A DNA stretch of 64,000 bases from a bacterium (GTDB lineage: Bacteria; UBP6; UBA1177). Positions within the stretch are counted from its first letter, which is position 1; every line of letters starts with the position of its first letter. A program made the translations under genes and the position numbers. The DNA is taken from assembly GCA_022703485.1 (NCBI GenBank), contig JAKLDO010000004.1:1636-65635 (forward strand). The letters run 5' to 3'. Under the pieces are notes generated by a model. That model worked only from the letters and a program-made list of their open reading frames with translations, ran no database searches and was not told the DNA's origin. Positions 10,201 through 19,673 of this stretch are shown piece after piece.

Positions 10201-12389
10201 TCTTCGATCGCTGCGGTTTTTGCAGCATATTCATCATCCATTTTAGCTTTGGCTTCTTCATAACGGCCTGTCTCTGTGGCTATCTTCTCTTCAATGGAAC
10301 CGACTTCGGACAGAAGTTTTTCACTTTTCGCCCTGAGTTCGTTCTCTTTTTTCATCTTTTCATTTTCTTCATCTTCAGAAGTCTTTGCCACAGATTCCTG
10401 GATCTGAGATATCTTTGATTCGTATTCCTGCTCGATCTTTCCTACAGCCTCTTCGTTCTTTGCAAGTTTCTGATCAGCGGCAACGATATCCTTTTCGTTG
10501 GCCTTGATCATTTCGTCCTCTTTCTTTGCCTTCAGAGCCTCTGTTTCATCAGAATGCTTACTGACAGCCTCTTCGATCTTTGATTTAAGCTGTGTAAGTT
10601 CGTTCAGTTTTGTTTCATAGGCTTTTTCCGATTTCTGCTGGGCATCGGTCTTCACCTTTGCGTATTCAGCTTCTATTTCGGCGCGTTTCTTTTCTATGTC
10701 TTCCTGGATCTTGCCCATTGCGTTGGCGTTCTTGACCATGAATTCCTCGATCTCGCGGTCGAACTTCTCAAGTTCTTTTGACTTTCCGGATTCCTCGGAA
10801 TCGTATTTTGCAAGTTTCTGGTTCAATTCATCGAACTTCTTCTGATATTCCTTTTCAACTTCGACGCTGTATTTTCTGTCCTCGTCCTCATTCTTCATCT
10901 TGACACTTTCGTTCTCAGAAAGGATCTTCCTCTCTTCTTTGTCGAACTCATCGACCATCTTCTGTATCTCGGCATCTATCTCCTTGTTCTTGGCCTGAAG
11001 ATCTGCTTTTTTCTTTTCAAGTTCGGCTATCTTCTTGGTGATCCTTTCACCCTCGGATTTCTCGCCGCTCTTTCCGATCTCATAGTAATCGTCCTTTTCT
11101 TTCTGGAAAGCCTTTTTCCAGTCGTCATATGCTTTATCGTGAGCTTTGAACTCTTTATCCTTGTCCTCTTCCCTCTTCTTGTTGGTCACCTTGATGACAC
11201 CTTTTTCTCTCTGCTCGATCATCGTGATCTGGCTTTCGAGATTAACTATTTCCTGTTCAAGGCTGGAGTCGTCTTTCTCCCACTGATATTTCATTTCCTG
11301 TATTCTTTTCTTGAGTTCGCCTTCTGCGTCTTTCTGGGCTTTTACAGTATCACTCTCCTTTGTCTTGAGGTCTGCTATGGCCTTTTCGCGCTCTTTAATG
11401 TTATCATTAACCCACTTGTCAATATCAACATACTGCTTTGCTCTCCACTTTCTGGCCTCTTCGATCTTTGTTTTGAAAGATTTATGTATCTGGTCAACGA
11501 TCTCGGCATCGGCCGGATTGGGTGTGAGATATTTAAGACGGACATTCTTGTCCTTTTTGTAAGCCATATACTTGTAGCCCTGCTCGCGGATATTTTCATC
11601 AGATTTCTTGAGTTCTTCAAGCGTTCTGAGCGCGGACCTGTAGTCTCCTGCGCTCATTGAATCGGATGCTTTTGTAAGACCGGCTTTAACCTTTTCGACA
11701 TCATCGTAAAGCGATCTTGCGGTATCATTCTGCGAACAGTTGCATTTCATTTCATTTGCGGCGCGGTTGAAAACATCAGCGGCTTCATCAATGTCACCTT
11801 TGTCATATGCTTCAAAACCTTTTACTATCTCGCTTTTCACTTCCGTATATGACGCAAGCTTCTTGGAAGAGCTGGAACTGCTGCTTCTGGCCGTCTTGGT
11901 CTCTGAAGAGCCGTCTCCTGCTGACGAAACAAGCGATCTTATTGCACCGACCATGTCAGAAGCGATGTCTTCGCCATCTGAATCGGAACTTGCCGTGACA
12001 GGTTTGCTGCCGACCTTGTTAGCGTCTTTGTCGTACATGATGATGGAAACTCTTATTCCGGCGCCTTTTTCTATCTTGACCTTCGGAATGATCACATAGT
12101 CGAAGTTTCCGTCTTCAGTGACAACTTTCAAGATACACTTGCTGCTGTCCTCACATCTTGCCACAGCACTCCTCTGGGAACTTGTCAGACCTTCCTTGTC
12201 ACCGACAACAGATGCACCGCGTATTGTCGAGAAAAGAAGAGACAAGTTGCTTGTGATGTCCTTGGCAAGCTTCTGCTCTGCCGTGGTCTTTCCGCCTGTG
12301 GAAATGACAACGACCTTGCTTTCAGCAAATGCATTGAAAGAAACGAATAACACAGTCAACAAACCGATAACACTAATGATCCTTCTCAC
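7221..12389 (-). CDS. giant secreted coiled-coil protein (~1,722 aa), K/E-rich
   Basis: The likely start is GTG 12389 (AGGAGG, 5 nt, GTG); the ORF-track start at 12434 is upstream of the RBS. The signal peptide is VRRIISVIGLLTVLFVSFNAFA/ES. A ~130-aa beta/alpha module comes next, then a TPR-like segment. About 1,300 residues of uninterrupted K/E/A/Q heptad-like sequence follow. The C-terminus is TPR-like. Confidence 0.85.
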   Translation of the reverse strand: MRRIISVIGLLTVLFVSFNAFAESKVVVISTGGKTTAEQKLAKDITSNLSLLFSTIRGASVVGDKEGLTSSQRSAVARCEDSSKCILKVVTEDGNFDYVIIPKVKIEKGAGIRVSIIMYDKDANKVGSKPVTASSDSDGEDIASDMVGAIRSLVSSAGDGSSETKTARSSSSSSSKKLASYTEVKSEIVKGFEAYDKGDIDEAADVFNRAANEMKCNCSQNDTARSLYDDVEKVKAGLTKASDSMSAGDYRSALRTLEELKKSDENIREQGYKYMAYKKDKNVRLKYLTPNPADAEIVDQIHKSFKTKIEEARKWRAKQYVDIDKWVNDNIKEREKAIADLKTKESDTVKAQKDAEGELKKRIQEMKYQWEKDDSSLEQEIVNLESQITMIEQREKGVIKVTNKKREEDKDKEFKAHDKAYDDWKKAFQKEKDDYYEIGKSGEKSEGERITKKIAELEKKKADLQAKNKEIDAEIQKMVDEFDKEERKILSENESVKMKNEDEDRKYSVEVEKEYQKKFDELNQKLAKYDSEESGKSKELEKFDREIEEFMVKNANAMGKIQEDIEKKRAEIEAEYAKVKTDAQQKSEKAYETKLNELTQLKSKIEEAVSKHSDETEALKAKKEDEMIKANEKDIVAADQKLAKNEEAVGKIEQEYESKISQIQESVAKTSEDEENEKMKKENELRAKSEKLLSEVGSIEEKIATETGRYEEAKAKMDDEYAAKTAAIEEKTMNVQNKLVEVTESFKANWGDFVGKEIDKLTAEENKLRTQIEEEKGKIAEIDGKFEQKKMDELNKIDAKLGSIEDVYAQKMVKVEEDIQKEIEAVRAQAAKDLESAASDDAKEEEAFGKQMGEFAAEEGKIASSFDERLEKLNEKVAAIDKNYEQKMAPFSVDSIVDKMNQAIAELDNQKVEEVNKQQEILDAIRQAKGSAKQDFEDKKDANKNNKAELAKLEREFSAVLRKMEVDEKSTERKIEFAESSYSRKIEFEKSKYEREIAKNKQELAKLEKEKNLELININKEIAVIKKDKETAIGAHQKKVASAVSAQKAKMAAKTGGTKKIAADASAKEKSIAASVKSRKAAVAAQKAAELKSINAEKASINAKYKDLAEKEKSSIRAKMGEYQKQLAAVSTSMKTWEKRINVVDPAKLKEVKAPFEKEMADLNKQKDDLQKEKAGKLQALTQANKTVIADLTAKKNQASTNTKGVDAQIKAEHAAIAKKFTDVRNKMKADIAALQKEKATKIGDIKKESGTLEKQKALAEGGFKKTLAAEIAKLAGERNKELSKLKADLAKVSKDLAAHEKSHDDFVQKEITAIDQKYEKLLGELDMKLGAENQRLQNENKAFTAKKKGEKAEYEKTFKTFLADKKKFKEGIDQQIAAAQKERDRKIEARKAERAKQQASWAKEKEMRQGAFDRKTAGSRGRLDSNNKQIDAITGEIESVNNVWSRKLEELKGKQHSESKKKEAAWQKTAEAKLQWYEDTKKAIQDKYDNMELKEKAERDNQKKEMMAKRDKLLAEKEKRKEKRQVVLEKEKGLWEKKKQGFDAQIEKIRAEIEKAESQKGALADKDKDTAKGKKEQVAKKYDETLAKINEAELKMVQERFKKEYEEVSAREVQVTGTTKKLESMMAEAYTKSGLEKLDKGDISLARQDFVDALFLDSGSKAAKEGLKSIGTKAQAMYWEAFGSKESNKAKSVKILEMLMKSLLPTDEIYLKSRLLLEELK

Positions 12390-12458
12390 TGGACCCTCCT
12401 GTCTGAGCAATATGTTAATGCAACTAATACACAATCACTAAATTTATTAGTGCAAGGA

Positions 12459-12487
12459 AGGATATTAACGGAGTGACGGTTTGTCAA
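12459..12487 (-). promoter_or_regulatory. candidate sigma70-type promoter for the giant coiled-coil gene
   Basis: On the minus strand: TTGACA, 17 nt, TATCCT, about 70 nt upstream of GTG 12389. Confidence 0.35.
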
Positions 12488-12534
12488 TTTTTTCTGTTAC
12501 TTTTTTAATGATCGCGTGGATTAAAAATACTAAG

Positions 12535-13620
12535 TTACTTTATAGCGGATTCTATTTCAACAATGAAAGAATTGAATCTTTCCAGATCGGCACCTTTAAG
12601 GACATCCGGGGCAGTTTTATGGTACTTGAAAGGATCTATCACTCTGTCCTTCGATGTAGTGATCTGATAGTGCAGGTGAGGAGCAGTGGTCTTTCCGGTA
12701 TTTCCGGAAGCCCCGATCTGCTCACCCTTTTTCACTTTCTGGCCTTCGGCAACATCAACACCTGAAAGATGAAGATACTTGAAAAGATTAGGCTTATCTC
12801 TCTCTCTTATCTCAATGCAAAACCCGTTGTACCTTGTCATCCAGTTCTTTCTGACAACAGTTCCGTCAACAGTGGCATAGACCGGAGTGCCGACAACAGC
12901 CTTGAAATCCACGCCTTCATGTTTCGGAGAACGGTCGCCGATAACGCTTGTGACCTGTATATAATCCTTTACCGGAGGGTCCGGCACAATGTTCTTTTCT
13001 ATTCCAGAAGCATCGGCGTAATAATATTTTGCGAACCTTGCATCATCCTTCTTAAACCTGAATATCCGGATCTTTTTATTAAACTTTTTCGAATGATATG
13101 AAAGGTATATCATTTCTATGGCATCCGGCATGTCATTTCTCTCTTTTTTCTCCGCTAAAGGAACTATTCTGAACATGAAATCGATCCTGTCGCCTTTTCT
13201 CACATCGTTTCTGATCACGATATCCCATATCAGAAGCCGACCTACATGAGCGCTCAACAATTCGGAAAGATTGGAGATTCCCGATTCTTCTGAAAGTTTC
13301 AGTATCTCCTCATTGGAATTAAAAGCGGCAAAGAAACTGTCATCCACGGTCACAGATGCGATAATATGTTCACCTTCGGGGATCTTCCTTTTTTCAGGCT
13401 CTGCGCTTTTTTCCTTTTCTGAACCCGGAACACTGACCGCACCATCCTCTGTCTGAGATGATCCTTTATCCGCAGTACTGGAAATCGAAGACACCGCCTC
13501 ACTGTCATCATCTCCTGCATTCATGACAATGACAGTCAGAAGCACCATGTTCAGGATAAATGAAAGCAGAAACATCGTTTTCCATTTCTTAACCTGAGGA
13601 TTAGAGAAAAGATATGTCAT
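12535..13620 (-). CDS. M23 (LytM-type) peptidoglycan metalloendopeptidase, membrane-anchored
   Basis: An N-terminal TM helix and a Ser/Asp/Glu-rich linker are present. M23 signatures: HEGVDFKAVVGTPVYA and GNTGKTTAPHLHYQI. Confidence 0.9.
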   Translation of the reverse strand: MTYLFSNPQVKKWKTMFLLSFILNMVLLTVIVMNAGDDDSEAVSSISSTADKGSSQTEDGAVSVPGSEKEKSAEPEKRKIPEGEHIIASVTVDDSFFAAFNSNEEILKLSEESGISNLSELLSAHVGRLLIWDIVIRNDVRKGDRIDFMFRIVPLAEKKERNDMPDAIEMIYLSYHSKKFNKKIRIFRFKKDDARFAKYYYADASGIEKNIVPDPPVKDYIQVTSVIGDRSPKHEGVDFKAVVGTPVYATVDGTVVRKNWMTRYNGFCIEIRERDKPNLFKYLHLSGVDVAEGQKVKKGEQIGASGNTGKTTAPHLHYQITTSKDRVIDPFKYHKTAPDVLKGADLERFNSFIVEIESAIK

Positions 13621-15275
13621 TTTTCCCTCCTGAAAAGCGCAGAATAGAAAACAGAGTCTGTCTGCGATACAGCTTCAGCCTTTACGCTTCCGAATTCAGA
13701 AGCTATTTCGTTCAGCATGTGCTCGTTCTGTTTTTCATAGAAGAAAAAAGCGTAATCAGCATTCTTTAATGTGTTCGTACCGTTAATATCCTCTCTTATA
13801 ATGCCTTCTTTTTTAAGATACAGGAATGAGTTCCAGTTCAATCCTTCGTACCCGCCCATAACATAGACCGTTGAACGCGGAGGCGCTGTGCTGTTGAGTC
13901 TGTCCACCAGATCAAGAATATCGTAACCCCAGAAATTTCTTTGCATTCTAAGTTCAGCAGCTCCCTGTGCTCCGTCAAGGAACTCATTATAGAATGCGGC
14001 ACCCCTTTTTGCAAATTTGACATTCATCGGAACAAGTGCGACGGCGACCAGGAAAAAAACAGTTGCAGGGACAAGCTTCCGCTTCAGGCTTCCGCTTCCT
14101 GAAAACGCCTTGAGCTGTTCACTTATCACATAGACACCAGCTGTAAGCATCAGCGGATAACCTGTGAACCAGTGTTTTATTCCTCCGAATATGGGAACAC
14201 TTGGAATGGCGATAAGAAATACCGGAAAGAGCGAACCTGTTAGCATTGCTACGCTGATCTCTTTTTCCTTCCAGTCGCTCTTTTTGAAAATCCCTGATGA
14301 AAACAATATAATTCCCGCAAAAAAACAAAGAAGTTGCGGCACAGGCGTCGTAAAAAGTGTCATTCCGAAAGGATAGTTGAACGGGAAAGGCGGTTTTGCA
14401 AGCTCCATTCCGAAATAATAGTTCGTATAATTAACATGCAGTGTATGGAACGCAAGGTAGTTGCCGAACCTTTTAACGGTGTCGAACCATATCCAAGGCC
14501 AGACCATGAAATACACAGGAAGTGTGATGAAAATGAACATATAGAAAACTTTCGGAACTGATATGAAAAACTTCCTGAACCAGTTGCACCGGAGCTCTTT
14601 CCTGTATCCGAGCAGGTAGAATGTAAACCATCCTGCAAAAAGCAGTACCGGAATAAAAAATGCATTGTGTTTAGTTCCGAGCGCAAAACCGAGAAGTACC
14701 GCCGTCAGAACCCCTGAACTGAAAGAGCCGTTCTTCAGATGCACTGCGTACATGAAAAAGACAGCGCTCCAGAAAAAAAGTATCGGTATATCAAAGCAGG
14801 CAAGATGGGAATGGAAAAAAATATGCGGCATCATAAAAAACAGTACCGGAGACACGACCGCGGTGAACCTGCTGAAGAACATAAGCCCGAAAAAATAGAT
14901 AAGGACAGCCGTCAGCATGGCAAAGAACGCTCCGACGAACCTTGCAGACTGTGCAAAGCTCATCCATCCGAGCTTTCTTTCAAAAACATACTGTGAAAGA
15001 CCGAACAGGTTCTTCATTAAAGTCGGGTGTTCATTGTTGAATTTGAAATACTTATCTATTGAGGCTCTGCTGAAAGGTTCAAGGAACTTACCTTCGGCAA
15101 AACTTTTCTCCATTGATCCGAACCAGTCCGCAGTTATCGATGCGGCCCGCATGTAAAAACCTTCATCGCGTACAAAACCGACCATATCCGAAGTGAGATG
15201 AATGTAGAAAAATATAAAAAGCCCTATCGCCGCAGAGATAAAAATGTCCTTTCTGTGGATCGGATTCCAGTTCAT
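13617..15275 (-). CDS. GT39/ArnT-PMT-like membrane glycosyltransferase
   Basis: 552 aa and polytopic (more than 10 hydrophobic helices). The first loop has a DE motif (VRDEGFYM) typical of the GT-C PMT/ArnT fold. 4-nt overlaps with both neighbours. Confidence 0.75.
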   Translation of the reverse strand: MNWNPIHRKDIFISAAIGLFIFFYIHLTSDMVGFVRDEGFYMRAASITADWFGSMEKSFAEGKFLEPFSRASIDKYFKFNNEHPTLMKNLFGLSQYVFERKLGWMSFAQSARFVGAFFAMLTAVLIYFFGLMFFSRFTAVVSPVLFFMMPHIFFHSHLACFDIPILFFWSAVFFMYAVHLKNGSFSSGVLTAVLLGFALGTKHNAFFIPVLLFAGWFTFYLLGYRKELRCNWFRKFFISVPKVFYMFIFITLPVYFMVWPWIWFDTVKRFGNYLAFHTLHVNYTNYYFGMELAKPPFPFNYPFGMTLFTTPVPQLLCFFAGIILFSSGIFKKSDWKEKEISVAMLTGSLFPVFLIAIPSVPIFGGIKHWFTGYPLMLTAGVYVISEQLKAFSGSGSLKRKLVPATVFFLVAVALVPMNVKFAKRGAAFYNEFLDGAQGAAELRMQRNFWGYDILDLVDRLNSTAPPRSTVYVMGGYEGLNWNSFLYLKKEGIIREDINGTNTLKNADYAFFFYEKQNEHMLNEIASEFGSVKAEAVSQTDSVFYSALFRREK

Positions 15276-16174
15276 TTCAACATATACCCGTTAAATACAA
15301 AATGCCTCTGTCCGTCATTTTCCGTGAAAAAACGGAGCTCGAGCTGTTTTGAACCCTGTCCGGTCGGAACACTGTTCATATACACCCTGCTCTCACTTTT
15401 ATTTGTATATTTCAAAACCTCTTTACCGTCAATCAGCACTTCTACTTCCACCGGAGATGTGTTGTCAGACCTGTATGCCGTCTCAAGAAGAGCCGTGTTC
15501 AATATGAGCTTTGACGCTTCCTGAGGAATATCGAACAGTGCATGAAGCACCGTTTTACTTTTGGGATGTGCCCAGACAACCCGCTGTGTCTTGCCGTTCA
15601 ATGTGGCGCTCGCAGGACCGACATAGCTCCATGAATCTTTTCCGCACTGCCAGCGGTTCCCCGAAAGAGTACACGGAAACTTCTCATCATTTTTTGAGAA
15701 CCACACTTCTTTCGCTTTGCCTATGTCCCTGACAAAAGAGAACTCCTTCCTGAGCTTCCCGGTTCCGTCAGAGGCGATAATAACTTCACCTGATCCGGCT
15801 TTGATCCGTTCTATCTCAGTTATCTCCATCTTTTTTGAGATATTTTCCCATTTTTCCTTATTTTTCAGCAGTAGAAAGATCCTGCCTCCTTCATCTTTCA
15901 TGTAGCGCAGTTCTCTGTGAGATGTATCTTTCAATGTCAGAAAGACCGATGTCACTCCGGGTCTGAGATACTGCAGAAATCCAAGGTCCCAGTCCACTTC
16001 CGGAAATATTGCGTCCCCTTCTTCATATTTCTCATTGATAATGCGCGCGAACTCTCTTTCTGTAAGATCGTCAACACCCGATCTGTCGCTTAAGAACGAC
16101 CAGTATATGAATGTCACGGGTATTGAAATCAAAAAAAGAACAGCGATGGATCTGTATATTCTGTTTTGAATCAT
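15272..16174 (-). CDS. membrane-anchored hypothetical protein
   Basis: One N-terminal TM helix (SIAVLFLISIPVTFIYWSF). No motif recognised. Translationally coupled inside the valS-nadC operon. Confidence 0.6.
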   Translation of the reverse strand: MIQNRIYRSIAVLFLISIPVTFIYWSFLSDRSGVDDLTEREFARIINEKYEEGDAIFPEVDWDLGFLQYLRPGVTSVFLTLKDTSHRELRYMKDEGGRIFLLLKNKEKWENISKKMEITEIERIKAGSGEVIIASDGTGKLRKEFSFVRDIGKAKEVWFSKNDEKFPCTLSGNRWQCGKDSWSYVGPASATLNGKTQRVVWAHPKSKTVLHALFDIPQEASKLILNTALLETAYRSDNTSPVEVEVLIDGKEVLKYTNKSESRVYMNSVPTGQGSKQLELRFFTENDGQRHFVFNGYMLK

Positions 16175-17013
16175 GGATAAAGCGTCAGATTTATGTCTTT
16201 TGCAACGGCGGAATGAGTAAGCGCACCCACTGAAATGATATTTGCACCGACTCTGCTGAGCTCTCCGATCCTTGACAGAGTGACACCTCCGGATATTTCA
16301 ATAACCGCCTTTTTATTGATAATGTGCACTGCTTCTTTCATCATTTCGACAGGCATGTTGTCAAGCATGATCACATCTGCTCCTGCCGAAACAGCTTCAT
16401 AAACCTGATCTATCGTAGACACTTCAACCTCTATTTTCAAAAGATGATGTGCACCTTTTCTTACATCTGAAACGGCTTTACCTATCGATCCGGCCATCAC
16501 AATGTGGTTGTCTTTTATCATGATACCGTCATCAAGTCCGAAACGGTGATTGACCGCTCCGCCTGTCCTTACGGCATATTTCTCAAGCGTCCGCCATCCC
16601 GGCGTGGTCTTTCTCGTATCAGCTATCCTTGTATCAGATGAAGGGTCCAGAGCTTTGACAAATTCTGATGAAAGTGTCGCAACACCGCTCAGTCTCTGGA
16701 GAAAGTTGAGAACGGTCCTTTCACCGGTAAGTATTGATGCCGGATCACCTGAGATCTCCGCAATGATGTCACCCTTTCTCAGCCTTACACCGTCAACCTG
16801 CAGTATCTTCACTTCAACGGTCTCATCTATCTTTCCGAAAATATATGAAACAAGCTCTGATCCGCACAGAACAAGCTCCTCCTTAGCCTTTATTTCAGCC
16901 TTCCAGATCTTTTTTTCCTTAAATATCAGGCGTGTAGTGATATCACCGCGGCCGATATCCTCTTTCAGGACATAATCTATGAAAAACGGATCTGCATAAT
17001 GAGGACACTTCAT
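16171..17013 (-). CDS. nadC: nicotinate-nucleotide diphosphorylase (carboxylating)
   Basis: Motifs GRGDITT, ERTVLNFLQRLSGVAT, DTRKTTPGWR and IKDNH. Confidence 0.93.
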   Translation of the reverse strand: MKCPHYADPFFIDYVLKEDIGRGDITTRLIFKEKKIWKAEIKAKEELVLCGSELVSYIFGKIDETVEVKILQVDGVRLRKGDIIAEISGDPASILTGERTVLNFLQRLSGVATLSSEFVKALDPSSDTRIADTRKTTPGWRTLEKYAVRTGGAVNHRFGLDDGIMIKDNHIVMAGSIGKAVSDVRKGAHHLLKIEVEVSTIDQVYEAVSAGADVIMLDNMPVEMMKEAVHIINKKAVIEISGGVTLSRIGELSRVGANIISVGALTHSAVAKDINLTLYP

Positions 17014-19673
17014 TTCCTGATCTCGCTCAGTCTGTTCCTAAGGTGTTCCAGTATGCCTGAAAATTCGGCATGCTTCTCCTTCTCTTTTTCTATGACCTCG
17101 GGTTTCGCCTTGTCAAGGAAACTCGGATTGGAAAGCTTTTTATCGCAGAGGTCAAAATCTTTCTGAACTTTACCTATCTCCTTTTCAAGCCTCTTTATTT
17201 CATCCGAGAAATCAACAAGCCCGGCAAGAGATATATAGACCGTACCTCCTTTGATTATAGCTGAAGCTGTTTCTCTGTCAGGCTCGAAATCACGGACATA
17301 ACGGACATCCTTCACCCTTGCCAGCTTTCTAAGATACTCCTCTTTTTCCTTCAAAGCCGATTCGACATTGCTGTCCAGAGAGAGCATTACATCTATTTCC
17401 GTTGAAGGTTTTATGTTGTTTTCAGCACGGATAGTTCTTATGCAAGTTATCATTTCAAGCATCCTCTCCATGACCATCGCATCTGCTGCAAAAGAATCGA
17501 ACCCGCTCTTCTTCGGAAATGCGCTTATCATAATTGAATCCGGCTTTCCTGCATATTGAAACGGAAGGCTCTGCCAGAGCTCTTCTGTAACATGCGGCAT
17601 GAAAGGATGGAGAAGTTTGAGGCTTGCATCGAGAACTTTCATGAGCACTTTCTTTGCAACTTCCTTCTCTTTTTCACTTCCGCTGAAAAACGCAGGCTTT
17701 ACAAGCTCGATATACCAGTCGCAGAACTCGTTCCAGAAGAAATGGTAAAGCGCACCGGAACTGTCGCTAAGCCTCATTTCTTCAAGGGATGCGTTAACTT
17801 CACCTGTCACCGTATCAAGTCTTGAAAGTATCCATTTATCAGCAAACGAGAAATCGTCAGACCTGTATTCAACCGGGTTGAAATCGATAATTTCGCCTTC
17901 CTTGAACTGCATCAGGGAGAACCTGACAGCATTGAATATCTTGTTTATGAAAGCTCTGTTGTCCTCTATGTTCTTTTCGCCAAGCTTTATGTGGCGCTGT
18001 GTCACCGGCATCATCGCAAAAGTGAAACGGAGCGCGTCGGCACCGTATTTAGCTATCATCTCCATAGGATCTATGCCGTTACCTTTGGTCTTGGACATCT
18101 TCTGTCCCTTTTCGTCCACTATCAATCCATGGAAGAACACTTTTTCGAAAGGTATGTCGTCCATGAACTTCATGCCCATCATTATCATCCTTGCGACCCA
18201 GAAGAAAATGATGTCAGGCGCCGTCTCCATGAGGGATGTGGGGTAATATTTCTTCAATTCAGGAGTGTTTTCAGGCCATCCCATTGTTGAAAAAGGCCAT
18301 AAAGCACTGGAGAACCATGTGTCAAGCACATCGGGGTCCTGAGTAAGATGACCTTCGCACACAGGGCATTTTTCAGGAATTCCCCTTGAAACGACAGTAT
18401 GACCGCACTTGTCACAATGCCATGCGGGGATCTGATGACCCCACCAGAGCTGACGGCTTATGCACCAGTCCTTAATATTGTACATCCACTCGTAATATGT
18501 CTTCTCCCAGTGTCTGGGATTGAACGCTATCCGTCCCTCCTCAACTGCCTTTATAGCAGGTTCTGCAAGGGGTTTTATCTTAACGAACCACTGTTTGCTG
18601 AGTATAGGCTGTACGACCGTCTTGCACCTGTCGCAGTGTCCGACCTGATGAGCATGTTTCTCTATTTTTTCAAGAAGGCCCAGACTGTCAAGGTCGGCAA
18701 CGATCTTCTCTCTTGCTTCAAGCACATCCAGCCCGCAGTATTTACCGCCGTTATCATTGATCCTGGCATTGCCGTCAATGACATTTATCATCCGGAGACC
18801 GTGGCGCTGACCGGTTGCGAAATCATTGAAATCATGTGCAGGTGTCACTTTCACGGCACCGGTACCGAATTCCATATCAACAAGCTCCGCATCTCCGATT
18901 ATCGGGATCTCCCTGTCCATCAGAGGAAGCATTACTGACTTGCCGATAAGATGTCTGAACCTTTCATCATCAGGATGCACAGCGACCGCAGTATCACCGA
19001 GCATGGTCTCAGGTCTTGTTGTCGCAACAGTGAGAAATGTATCAGGCATGTCCTTTACAGGATATCTGAGATACCAGAGGCTTCCCTGCTCGTCACCGTA
19101 CTCGACCTCGAGGTCGGAAAGGGCCGTATTATCGTGGGGACACCAGTTTATTATATAATCGTCCCTGTAAATGAGCCCTTCATCGTAAAGACGGACGAAA
19201 ACTTCTTTGACGGCCTTTGACAGACCTTCATCCATCGTGAATCTTTCCCTTGTCCAGTCAAGGCTCGTGCCCATAGCACGGAGCTGGCTTGTTATGCCGT
19301 CCTTATGTTTCTCCTTCCATTCCCACGCTTTTTCAAGGAATTTTTCACGGCCTATGTCGTGTCTGCTCTGTCCTGTTGTCGCCTTGAGATTCCTTTCAAC
19401 CATTATCTGTGTAGCTATCCCTGCATGGTCGGTACCAGGAAGCCAGAGCACATCATATCCGTCCATCCTCTTGAAACGGCTCATTATATCCTGTATCGTA
19501 ACTGTCAGAGCATGTCCGAGATGAAGGACTCCTGTGACATTCGGAGGCGGGATCACTATTGAATACGGAGCTTTTCCGCTTGAAGGACTGGCTGTGAAAT
19601 AACCCGCACCTTCCCATTTAGCATACCATTTCTTTTCAATTTCAGAATGTTCATATCTTTTGCTTAATTCCAT
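17010..19673 (-). CDS. valS: valine--tRNA ligase
   Basis: 887 aa. HIGH-type motif PPPNVTGVLHLGHA, KMSKS motif KMSKTKGN, and a C-terminal coiled coil. Confidence 0.97.
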   Translation of the reverse strand: MELSKRYEHSEIEKKWYAKWEGAGYFTASPSSGKAPYSIVIPPPNVTGVLHLGHALTVTIQDIMSRFKRMDGYDVLWLPGTDHAGIATQIMVERNLKATTGQSRHDIGREKFLEKAWEWKEKHKDGITSQLRAMGTSLDWTRERFTMDEGLSKAVKEVFVRLYDEGLIYRDDYIINWCPHDNTALSDLEVEYGDEQGSLWYLRYPVKDMPDTFLTVATTRPETMLGDTAVAVHPDDERFRHLIGKSVMLPLMDREIPIIGDAELVDMEFGTGAVKVTPAHDFNDFATGQRHGLRMINVIDGNARINDNGGKYCGLDVLEAREKIVADLDSLGLLEKIEKHAHQVGHCDRCKTVVQPILSKQWFVKIKPLAEPAIKAVEEGRIAFNPRHWEKTYYEWMYNIKDWCISRQLWWGHQIPAWHCDKCGHTVVSRGIPEKCPVCEGHLTQDPDVLDTWFSSALWPFSTMGWPENTPELKKYYPTSLMETAPDIIFFWVARMIMMGMKFMDDIPFEKVFFHGLIVDEKGQKMSKTKGNGIDPMEMIAKYGADALRFTFAMMPVTQRHIKLGEKNIEDNRAFINKIFNAVRFSLMQFKEGEIIDFNPVEYRSDDFSFADKWILSRLDTVTGEVNASLEEMRLSDSSGALYHFFWNEFCDWYIELVKPAFFSGSEKEKEVAKKVLMKVLDASLKLLHPFMPHVTEELWQSLPFQYAGKPDSIMISAFPKKSGFDSFAADAMVMERMLEMITCIRTIRAENNIKPSTEIDVMLSLDSNVESALKEKEEYLRKLARVKDVRYVRDFEPDRETASAIIKGGTVYISLAGLVDFSDEIKRLEKEIGKVQKDFDLCDKKLSNPSFLDKAKPEVIEKEKEKHAEFSGILEHLRNRLSEIRK

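Noticed and set aside
9903-11660. Several long plus-strand ORFs (e.g. 9903-10418, 10006-10263, 11139-11660, 11311-11562) lie inside the giant coiled-coil gene.
   Set aside because: These are shadow ORFs. The GAA/AAG/GCT-rich sense codons give stop-poor TTC/CTT/AGC antisense frames. The products are low-complexity F/L/S-rich, there is no RBS, and they are fully nested in a much better-supported gene.
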